A stretch of 64,000 bases of DNA from an uncultured Gammaproteobacteria bacterium (GTDB taxonomy: Bacteria; Patescibacteriota; Microgenomatia; Levybacterales; GWA1-39-11), in NCBI GenBank assembly GCA_964651815.1, contig CAZYWG010000001.1:65189-129188 (forward strand). Direction: 5' to 3'. Below, one piece after another: positions 10,684 through 18,265 of the stretch (position 1 is its first letter; each line of letters opens with the position of its first letter). Made by a program: the position numbers and the translations under genes. The notes under the pieces are model-generated. The model did no database searches, was not told the origin of the DNA, and was given only the letters and a program-made list of their open reading frames with translations.

Positions 10684-11482
10684 AATATTTTCCCTTTCTA
10701 TAGCTTTTTATAGATAAACTATTTGAAATTTTTCTTAGCAACTCCGTTGAGTTGGAAAAAACTGCAGGAATTCTTGATATGTTAAATTGTTTTTCCATTA
10801 CGAACCTCGGAATAATGTATCTATCTGTTTTTGAATTTATTACTCCGGGAAACGCGGCGAATGCTCCTTTATAACCCGCTTTTTTGACTGCATTTATTAT
10901 TTTTGAATTGAACTTTCCTTTGGGATATGCAAAATAATTTATTTGGAAGCCGAGTTTTTTTTCCAATGTTTTTTTGGAATTAACAATTTCATTCTCTATC
11001 TCCTCACCGGAAAGTCTATTGAAATTAGAATGCGTTGCACTATGATTACCTATTTTCCAACCGATTGAGTGTAAGTATTTAATGTCACTCAGGCTTAAGA
11101 ATTCGCCCGCATGATTAAGTTCTTTCCTATTTGCTTTTTCGGGCTCAGATAAAACAAACAATGTAACAGGGATGTTATTTTTCTGAGTAAATTCAACCGC
11201 ACTTAATACATCCTTATAACCATCATCAAATGTCAGAGACATAATAGGTGTTATTTTTTTATTAACCGAAAATACTTCATCAAGAAAAACAAACTTGTAG
11301 TACTTTTTAAGTTCCGTGATTTCTTTTTTAAATTGGCCTAAACCAATAGAGTATTTATTTCCATGGTCAGATATACTGTGATAGCAAATTACACTTACGG
11401 TTTTTCTATTTAATCCGAATACATTTGTCACTTTGTAAAACAATTGAATAAAAATGTTTTTTAGTAATGTTATATTTTCCAT
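10673..11482 (-). CDS. Polysaccharide deacetylase (NodB homology domain, CE4)
   Basis: 'LTFDDGYKD' NodB motif 1 and 'AFPGV...' later motifs. Confidence 0.75.
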   Translation of the reverse strand: MENITLLKNIFIQLFYKVTNVFGLNRKTVSVICYHSISDHGNKYSIGLGQFKKEITELKKYYKFVFLDEVFSVNKKITPIMSLTFDDGYKDVLSAVEFTQKNNIPVTLFVLSEPEKANRKELNHAGEFLSLSDIKYLHSIGWKIGNHSATHSNFNRLSGEEIENEIVNSKKTLEKKLGFQINYFAYPKGKFNSKIINAVKKAGYKGAFAAFPGVINSKTDRYIIPRFVMEKQFNISRIPAVFSNSTELLRKISNSLSIKSYRKGKYYEI

Positions 11483-11485
11483 GGT

Positions 11486-14029
11486 TTAATTTCTGTTAAA
11501 AATTTGGGATGCAAAAGTCGGAAATAAGCGTTTTGACTTTGATTTTTCATTCCCTCTATGAATGAGTTGAGAAAATTTATCTGCACTCTTGTCCCATGAA
11601 AACCCTTTTGCCCAAACAATTGAATCCCGTGACATTTCGTGTCTTAAGTTATCGTTAGTAATTAATTTGGTGATTTTTTCGGCAAAAGCGTCAGCGTCTG
11701 CGTATTTGACCAAGAATCCTGTATGAGGATTTTTAATTGAATCGCGTAAGCCAGGGACATTTGATGCGACTGCCGGTGTTCCACAGGCGGCTGCTTCAAT
11801 TGTAGTAATTCCCCAACCCTCCATAAATGAAGGGTTCACAAAAACCCACGCTTTTTGCAAAAGACCGATCTTTTTTTTATTAGAAACAAAACCCAAAAAA
11901 TTAATCTTGTTTAAAATCCCAAGCCTCTTGGCATATTTCTCAAGTTTTTTTCGTTGCCCACCTTCTCCAGCAATTACAAATTTTGCGTTTGGAACTTTTT
12001 CAAGAACCTTTTTAGCTGCTTTTATAAATACGTTTAAACTCTTGTAATATTGCAATCTTCCTACATAAAGGACGAGAGGATTTGTAGATTTTTTGCCCGC
12101 TTTAAATGTTTTGGAATCTACACCGTTGTATATGATTACAGGCTCAAATTTTGTCAATTTATGCCTCAGTATTTCGTCTCTTGAAGAAGGCGATACGGTT
12201 ATTACTTGAACGTTTCTGTAAACAAAAGGCATGAGTTTTGCCTCAAGAAAAGCAGCGATTGATGACAAAGGCCATTTCAGGGTTTTTCTGAAAACTTCCT
12301 GATGGACGTGGTGTATTAAAAGGAATTTTTTCCTTCCAGTGTACAAAGGCGTAAAGAAAGGAATACCGTTCTCCGAATCTATAATTAGGTCAAATTTTCC
12401 ATGAAAACGTATAACATAGTATAAGAATGCCCATATATAAACAGTGTAAAATCCTCCGCGTCTGTAAATTTGGACTCCGTCAATTGTTTCGTTTTTAGGG
12501 TTTTTAGTGTTATTTCCGGCAAATAAAGTGACAGCGCTACCCTCTTTTACAAGGCGCTTAGCAAGCTCCTGCACGTAGACTTCCGCGCCTCCTGCCCACT
12601 TGTGTTTTGTATCGCGCCAATTGAAAATTAAAATTTTAAACTTATTGTCTTTCTGTGCCGGTTTTGAAATAAGCAGTTCTAAAAAATCGGACACCTTATC
12701 TTCAAATTTTTTGACATAACATATTCCAAAATGGAGCAAAGAAATTAACACCAAATTAGAAAACCAAACAAAAACCATTCCATAAGCAATAGCTTGCAAG
12801 TTTTTATGGAATAAACTAATTGTTGAAATTTGAAGAACTGCCAAGAAAATATTGGCTGCCGTAAATGTATAGCTTCGCTTTACAAGATAATAATTAACAA
12901 AAACTCTTGAGATTGTATAGGCCATCATCCCTAGGGTGAAGAGACTAAGATATGGAACAATTACTAAAGCTTTCTTGCCATAAAGAATAGGAATTGTAAT
13001 AAAACCCATCAAACCAAATCCCAAATATCCAATGAGCGAAAGGATAATGGTACAAAATAGAATTAAATACAAAACTTGAGAAGAATTCTTTTTTGCACCT
13101 TCGCTTCTACTTATGAGAGGGACCAAGAAAGGAGAAATTAGTCCACCTAAAAAATACACCATTTTCCCGACTAAAGACAAAAGTGCGTATTTTCCGGCAT
13201 CTGATGAAGTTAGATAATGTTTTGCCAAAAGAACATCTAAAGTTAGAAATCCTACTGACGAAGCTCCAGTTAAAATCGACGCGAGGAAGAATTTTTTTGA
13301 GAACTTTTTTACCTCGTGCTCAGGAGCATCATGTTCTCCTGATTGAATCTGTTTTATTATTAATATCCAGCCGAGAAAAAAAGTACAGATAGTTCCAATG
13401 GGAATCGCAGAAAATGCCCACAATTTAAAACCTAAGTAAACAAGACCAATTGCCATAGACATTCTAATAATTGGTTCAAACAAATTAATTACTGCAAGTG
13501 ACCCAAACATTAATCTTGAAGAGAGGAAACCCCGATCTACTCCGTTTGCAAGACCAACTAAAAGTATGAGTCCGAATAAGATAAATAGGAGTGGATTATT
13601 TGTATGAAAGTATCCCATCAAAAATGGGGTCAATAAAATCCAAATAGCGCTTATTAAAAACGAAGCTAAGAATGCTTTACTTCTAATATATTTCCAAAAG
13701 CCATATCCGGCATTATTTCCATACTTTCCAATTAAAAATCCTGTCTTGAAGTTTGAAGTAGTGCTGAAAGCACCGAATAATACCGAGGCAAAAGACAAAA
13801 ATCCTCCAAAAATACCTATCAAAGCAAAATCTTCAAAATTTAGGACTCTCCCCAAATATGCGTTGTAAAGAAAATTCAAAAAATTGGCGATAATTGAGGC
13901 TGACACCAAAGCAACTCCTCCAATGAATGTTTTTTTACTAGCCTTAACAGATTCCCATTTTACACTCAAATTAAAGTTATCAAGAGTATTAACTGGTTTT
14001 TTTATAAAGAATTTTTTAAATCTTTTCAT
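11486..14029 (-). CDS. Fusion protein: N-terminal Wzx/MOP-type polysaccharide flippase-like domain (~12 TM) plus C-terminal GT4 glycosyltransferase
   Basis: N-terminal 440 aa are polytopic with the Wzx-like pattern. The C-terminus has 'FVNPSFMEGWGITTIEAAACGTPAV' (GT4 EX7E motif). Confidence 0.65.
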   Translation of the reverse strand: MKRFKKFFIKKPVNTLDNFNLSVKWESVKASKKTFIGGVALVSASIIANFLNFLYNAYLGRVLNFEDFALIGIFGGFLSFASVLFGAFSTTSNFKTGFLIGKYGNNAGYGFWKYIRSKAFLASFLISAIWILLTPFLMGYFHTNNPLLFILFGLILLVGLANGVDRGFLSSRLMFGSLAVINLFEPIIRMSMAIGLVYLGFKLWAFSAIPIGTICTFFLGWILIIKQIQSGEHDAPEHEVKKFSKKFFLASILTGASSVGFLTLDVLLAKHYLTSSDAGKYALLSLVGKMVYFLGGLISPFLVPLISRSEGAKKNSSQVLYLILFCTIILSLIGYLGFGLMGFITIPILYGKKALVIVPYLSLFTLGMMAYTISRVFVNYYLVKRSYTFTAANIFLAVLQISTISLFHKNLQAIAYGMVFVWFSNLVLISLLHFGICYVKKFEDKVSDFLELLISKPAQKDNKFKILIFNWRDTKHKWAGGAEVYVQELAKRLVKEGSAVTLFAGNNTKNPKNETIDGVQIYRRGGFYTVYIWAFLYYVIRFHGKFDLIIDSENGIPFFTPLYTGRKKFLLIHHVHQEVFRKTLKWPLSSIAAFLEAKLMPFVYRNVQVITVSPSSRDEILRHKLTKFEPVIIYNGVDSKTFKAGKKSTNPLVLYVGRLQYYKSLNVFIKAAKKVLEKVPNAKFVIAGEGGQRKKLEKYAKRLGILNKINFLGFVSNKKKIGLLQKAWVFVNPSFMEGWGITTIEAAACGTPAVASNVPGLRDSIKNPHTGFLVKYADADAFAEKITKLITNDNLRHEMSRDSIVWAKGFSWDKSADKFSQLIHRGNEKSKSKRLFPTFASQIFNRN

Positions 14030-14030
14030 A

Positions 14031-16271
14031 TTAGAAAATAAGTGATAATGCGTATCGAACCGGTTTTAAAATCAACCCTGGGAATTCAATCGATCTCTTT
14101 TCTGCTTTCTTTGCGGGAGCAAAGTGCAAACCGTGAAGCGTTTTTTCCCAATAGTGTGGCTTGAATATCAACTGGTAAAGTGCCATAAACGCAGCGGCTG
14201 AGATCATCAACCAATAAATAGGAATTAAAAAAATAAACTTCATAAGATTCCACTGCTCTTTTTTAGCAACACCAATCATGTAGTAATAAAGGAAAAGGAA
14301 GTTCCCAAAAACAAGGGAAAAGACCGCCATGTAAAAAACAGTGCTGGGGTACAATGCTTCAATTTGTGGACCTACATATGCGTAGATCGCAAAATAGGCA
14401 ATTGTTGCAACCCAAAGTATTGGATTAATTAAAACGAAAGCAATTTTACCGCCTATGATAAGTTGAAAAATAAGGCTATGGATTCCTTTTTTCTTAGGAA
14501 AAGACGTTGAATTACGAATATGGACAAGGTAGGTTTGCATGTACCCTTTAATCCAACGGCTACGCTGGCGGAACCAATTCCCTACACGGCTGTTTGCCTC
14601 TTCAAGAGTTACGGAATCGATAATTGCGGTTTTGAAACCTTTTTTGAAAAGGCGCACTCCAAGATCCGCATCCTCCGTCACATTAAACGGATCCCAACCC
14701 TCAACTTCACGGAGCGAAGCAGTCCTGAAATGGTTGCTAGTCCCACCAAGTGGAATTGTTGTATCAATAGATTGAAGTCCCGTAAGTGTCACATCAAACC
14801 ATAATGAGTATTCTGCTGTAAAGAATCGGGTCAAAAGATTTTGGTTAGGATTGTAATAATTTAACTTTGCCTGAAGACAAATAACATCATTATTTACTTT
14901 TCCAAAGGCAAGATATGCTTTTTTAAGCTGCAACGGATCCGGGATATCTTCCGCATCATAAACAACTAAATATTCTCCTTTTGCAAATCCAAGCCCGTAA
15001 TTACATGCTTTAGGTTTTGTCTTAGGGAGAGAATGCGGAACAACTATACTTCTGACATAAGACGGAAGATTCATCTTAGCTACTTCCTCGACACTCTGGC
15101 GGTCATCCTCTTCTAAAAGAAGTATCACGTCTAGCCTGTATTTTGGCCATTCGATTTTGGATATGGCGTCCAGAAAATTAGGAATAATATGTGCCTCGCG
15201 GTAAAGTGGACAAAGGATTGTATACATAGGAAGATCTGGATTTTTTAATTCACCTATTTCTTCTTCTGAGGATACAATTTCCTGCGGAAAATTAAGGCTC
15301 TTCAAAATAAGATACAGATTGAAGATCACATCAATAAAGTAAATTGAGCTTAAGACGGCTACAATTACCTGCAAAGTGAAAAGCGGGCGTAGATATATTC
15401 CAAGTACTATGTCAAAAACAACAAGAAAAATAAAAAGCTTTTGTGCGGGCGTGAAAGTTTTTAGTGCCGACGCGTTGTGTGGAATAGTTGTGTGGGTTAT
15501 ATATTTTTTTCTTTTAAACCCTATCCCTGCTCCTATCATTCCTTCTGCTTTATCTGGCTTTATGTGAAGCGGACCCGGTTTTTTGACAGCAAGAGATATA
15601 GCACTTAACGCAACCGGCACACTACTTTTTATAAAATGTATACTGGAAGCTCCTTTTTTCCTTTCCGCAAAGTCTATGTCAAGATCAGAAATTATGTGTC
15701 CTGATTCACGAGCCCTTTGTAGAAATTCCAGGTCAAATGCCCAAGAAGAGGAAGGAGTAAATGAAACTGTTTCCCAAACTTTTTTCTTAAACACTTTTAA
15801 TCCGGACTGAATGTCGTGTTTAAAACCGAACATACCTTTTCCAACCACGTGCCTAAAGGACCTACTCATAACACGTCTTAAAAAAGAAGCTTTGTATTTT
15901 TTCCTATTTGCCACAATCACGTCTGAATCCGAGAGCATTCCAAGCATTTCAGGAATCGCCTCAGGTGGATACTGCAAATCCGCATCAATCATGGCAATAT
16001 TTTCAAATTGTGCATAAGCAATACCCTCTAAAATGGAGTATGCCTTTCCCTTTTTACCTTGTTTAATATGTAAAATTACAGGATATAGAAGAGCAATGTT
16101 TTTTATAAGATTTTGAGAACCATCCGTTGAATTATCATCAACAAAAATTAATTCGTAGGTAATTTTTTCTTTTGAAAGTGAGTCATGAACTCTCTTTACC
16201 AGAACTTCAATATTTGCCTCTTCATTAAAAGTTGGAATTATAATTGATACTGGATTTATACTTTTTTTCAT
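14031..16271 (-). CDS. Dual-domain GT2: N-terminal DPM1-like polyprenyl-phosphate sugar synthase plus C-terminal processive GT2 synthase (QxxRW)
   Basis: N-terminus 'VSIIIPTFNEEANI...FVDDNSTDGS'. Central TM helices. Second domain 'VVYDAEDIPDP...QRSRWIKG' (QxxRW), followed by C-terminal TM helices. Confidence 0.7.
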   Translation of the reverse strand: MKKSINPVSIIIPTFNEEANIEVLVKRVHDSLSKEKITYELIFVDDNSTDGSQNLIKNIALLYPVILHIKQGKKGKAYSILEGIAYAQFENIAMIDADLQYPPEAIPEMLGMLSDSDVIVANRKKYKASFLRRVMSRSFRHVVGKGMFGFKHDIQSGLKVFKKKVWETVSFTPSSSWAFDLEFLQRARESGHIISDLDIDFAERKKGASSIHFIKSSVPVALSAISLAVKKPGPLHIKPDKAEGMIGAGIGFKRKKYITHTTIPHNASALKTFTPAQKLFIFLVVFDIVLGIYLRPLFTLQVIVAVLSSIYFIDVIFNLYLILKSLNFPQEIVSSEEEIGELKNPDLPMYTILCPLYREAHIIPNFLDAISKIEWPKYRLDVILLLEEDDRQSVEEVAKMNLPSYVRSIVVPHSLPKTKPKACNYGLGFAKGEYLVVYDAEDIPDPLQLKKAYLAFGKVNNDVICLQAKLNYYNPNQNLLTRFFTAEYSLWFDVTLTGLQSIDTTIPLGGTSNHFRTASLREVEGWDPFNVTEDADLGVRLFKKGFKTAIIDSVTLEEANSRVGNWFRQRSRWIKGYMQTYLVHIRNSTSFPKKKGIHSLIFQLIIGGKIAFVLINPILWVATIAYFAIYAYVGPQIEALYPSTVFYMAVFSLVFGNFLFLYYYMIGVAKKEQWNLMKFIFLIPIYWLMISAAAFMALYQLIFKPHYWEKTLHGLHFAPAKKAEKRSIEFPGLILKPVRYALSLIF

Positions 16272-16277
16272 ATGGGT

Positions 16278-16505
16278 TTATGGTTTTCTCTTTCTTACGA
16301 TGTGGTCTTCTATGAATTTTGATAACGAGGATTTTCCTATGCGGTAATGGCCACCAAATTCAATGGCTTCAAGCTTCTCAAGCCTAATATACTTATATAT
16401 AGTAAGCTCTGATAGTCGTAATAGATGCGAGACATCCTTAACAGTAAGGAAGTCATTTTCTGAATAATATCTCATAGTCCGGGCAAGAATTGTTATATAT
16501 ATCAC
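16278..16505 (-). CDS. Small HTH DNA-binding protein (excisionase/MerR-type HTH_17); likely start at the internal Met at 16475
   Basis: 'LTVKDVSHLLRLSELTIYKYIRLEKLEAIEFGGHYRI' is a typical HTH_17 motif. A TTGACA-17-TATATA promoter on the minus strand (-35 at ~16519-16524) places the transcription start site downstream of the annotated GTG. Confidence 0.5.
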   Translation of the reverse strand: MIYITILARTMRYYSENDFLTVKDVSHLLRLSELTIYKYIRLEKLEAIEFGGHYRIGKSSLSKFIEDHIVRKRKP

Positions 16506-16543
16506 AAGCTATTAGCTTTGTCAACACAGAATAGATTATAGGT

Positions 16544-16609
16544 ATAGTCTAATTTGTTTAAGTATGTTTTAGTTATATAGTCTAAATTGTACAAATATTT
16601 CCAGACTAT
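16544..16609. promoter_or_regulatory. Candidate operator: direct repeat tatagtctaa(t/a)ttg (16544-16557, 16577-16590) plus inverted partner agactat (16603-16609)
   Basis: 13/14-nt direct repeat spaced 33 bp, and a 7-bp perfect inverted repeat spaced 18 bp, in the divergent intergenic region next to the HTH gene. Confidence 0.3.
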
Positions 16610-16749
16610 CTATCCTATATATAGTTCACCTGGTACGATTGTTTAAAATATGCCGATAAGCTTTTTTTGACCAAATTTGAACCCAATCTCAACCTGGAGT
16701 TAAAATAAAAACAGGCACAAAGTACTACTATTACTTCCTAAATGAGTAC

Positions 16750-16778
16750 TTGACATTTAGTCTTATAGTTGTTATAAT
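16750..16778 (+). promoter_or_regulatory. Consensus sigma70-type promoter: TTGACA, 17-nt spacer, TATAAT
   Basis: TTGACA at 16750-16755 and TATAAT at 16773-16778. AGGA lies 9 nt before the ATG at 16812. Confidence 0.55.
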
Positions 16779-16811
16779 CCCAAAACGTTCTAAATTATAG
16801 GACGTTTTTTA

Positions 16812-17660
16812 ATGAAGAAATTATTCCTTTTATTGTCTGTTTTAATTACCCTAGTTTTGGGACTTGGATTTGGTGCCAAGGAGTCATACGGAACAAAACC
16901 CAATGCTGATGACGAACACAAAGTAACAATCTGCCACAGAACAAATTCCATAACCAACCCTTATGTAAAAGAGACAGTTGATGCTGCTTCTGTTGATGGA
17001 GATTCTTCAAATGACAACGGCCAAGGAGATCATTTATTAGAACATACCGGACCTGTTTTTGACGTAAATAATCCTCCTCCTGCTCCACACAATGGTGACC
17101 AATGGGGAGATATAATTCCACCTTTTTATGATGACGGCACGCCTGACGGTCTTCCATCTCTAAATTGGCCTTCTGGTCAAGCATTTTTTAATAACAACTG
17201 TAACATTCCTACAGCTACACCTACTCCTACAGCTAGCCCTACAGCTACACCTACGCCAACTGGCAGACCTACTCCAACTCCAACTGTGACCCCTACTGGC
17301 ACACCAACACCAACTCCAACACAAGACCCGGGCACAACACCAACTCCAACAGCAACGCCTACACCTACTGGTACATCTAATAATGGTGGAGGAAATCTTG
17401 GAGGACCTGGAGACGGATTATCTGATGGGAGATCTGACGGTAGATCAAGTGGAGGCACAAGCAATGGAGCAGTCTTAGGCATATCAACTTCACAAAAACA
17501 AGGAGAAGTACTTGGAGCGTCCACTATGGCCGGAACAGGAACTTTTGACTCATTAGTTGCTACAATAGAGGAAGTGGCCGGAATTCTCTTAACAACAGGC
17601 GGAACAATTCTCTATGGCAAGAAAAAAACAAAAAAAGCAGCAAAGCCAGCAAAAAAATAA
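16812..17660 (+). CDS. Secreted Thr/Pro-repeat surface protein (signal peptide; TPTPT linker; Gly-rich region; hydrophobic segment plus Lys-rich tail)
   Basis: Signal peptide 'MKKLFLLLSVLITLVLGLGFGA'. 'TPTPTASPTATPTPTGRPTPTPTVTPTGTPTPTPT' repeats. C-terminus 'VAGILLTTGGTILYGKKKTKKAAKPAKK' is sorting-signal-like but lacks a canonical LPXTG. Confidence 0.6.
   Translation: MKKLFLLLSVLITLVLGLGFGAKESYGTKPNADDEHKVTICHRTNSITNPYVKETVDAASVDGDSSNDNGQGDHLLEHTGPVFDVNNPPPAPHNGDQWGDIIPPFYDDGTPDGLPSLNWPSGQAFFNNNCNIPTATPTPTASPTATPTPTGRPTPTPTVTPTGTPTPTPTQDPGTTPTPTATPTPTGTSNNGGGNLGGPGDGLSDGRSDGRSSGGTSNGAVLGISTSQKQGEVLGASTMAGTGTFDSLVATIEEVAGILLTTGGTILYGKKKTKKAAKPAKK
17208..17375 (+). repeat. Tandem imperfect ACN-CCN codon repeats encoding a (TP)n linker
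   Basis: cctacagctacacctactcctacagct... periodic 6-nt units within the CDS. Confidence 0.6.
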
Positions 17661-18183
17661 TACCATAGCAAAAGCGCTCATAGCGCTTGGTATTCTTCTA
17701 ATTCTCCTCGGAGCCGCAACCCACACAGAAATCTATTACAGGTATCAAATTACACAAAAAGAGAGGCCAATTGTACATATATCTGGTAACATTCCCCACG
17801 AAATCATAATTCCCACGGCTAAAATTGACATTAATGTGGACCAAGGCGGAATTGTAAATGGTGAATGGGTACTCTCAAACACAGTCGCTTTATATCTACC
17901 TACTAGTGGGTTTTTGGGCGAAGGCTATAATACTATTATATATGCTCACAATACAACAAAGCTATTTGGCAAGCTCCGGCAGGCCAAGGTTGGAGATTTA
18001 ATAAACATGAAAGACCAGCATGGAACGGTTTATGATTACCAAATAATCTCGAAAGAAGATGTTGACCCGGGCGACTTAAAAAAACTGTATTCGCAAGATA
18101 AAAACATTGTAACTCTTTTTACATGTGATGGCTGGGCCGATAAATCACGTCTCCTCATAAAAGCAAGGCTAATTAAGCATTAA
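17614..18183 (+). CDS. Sortase (TLxTC catalytic motif); its start overlaps the upstream gene by 47 nt in an A-rich tract
   Basis: 'IYAHNT' His, 'TLFTCDGW' Cys and a C-terminal Arg. N-terminal TM anchor 'IAKALIALGILLILLGAA'. Confidence 0.75.
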   Translation: MARKKQKKQQSQQKNNTIAKALIALGILLILLGAATHTEIYYRYQITQKERPIVHISGNIPHEIIIPTAKIDINVDQGGIVNGEWVLSNTVALYLPTSGFLGEGYNTIIYAHNTTKLFGKLRQAKVGDLINMKDQHGTVYDYQIISKEDVDPGDLKKLYSQDKNIVTLFTCDGWADKSRLLIKARLIKH

Positions 18184-18221
18184 TATTACCAAATCGGAAT
18201 TTAAATACTATCCTGTAATAT

Positions 18222-18250
18222 TTGACATTCAGCTCATAATATGCTAATAT
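18222..18250 (+). promoter_or_regulatory. Sigma70-like promoter TTGACA-17-TAATAT upstream of the GT2 synthase
   Basis: ttgacattcagctcataatatgctaatat. Confidence 0.4.
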
Positions 18251-18265
18251 ATTAGACTTATATTA

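Noticed and set aside
16846-17524. Two minus-strand ORFs (112 and 115 aa) antisense to the TP-repeat protein gene
   Set aside because: They are generated by the repetitive ACN/CCN codon tract read on the opposite strand (V/G/P-rich). The plus-strand gene has a signal peptide, promoter and RBS.
17570-17660. Canonical LPXTG sorting signal in the TP-repeat protein
   Set aside because: No LPXTG, LAXTG or NPQTN pentapeptide is present. Only 'LLTTGG' precedes the hydrophobic segment and basic tail, so the sortase-substrate assignment stays a hypothesis.
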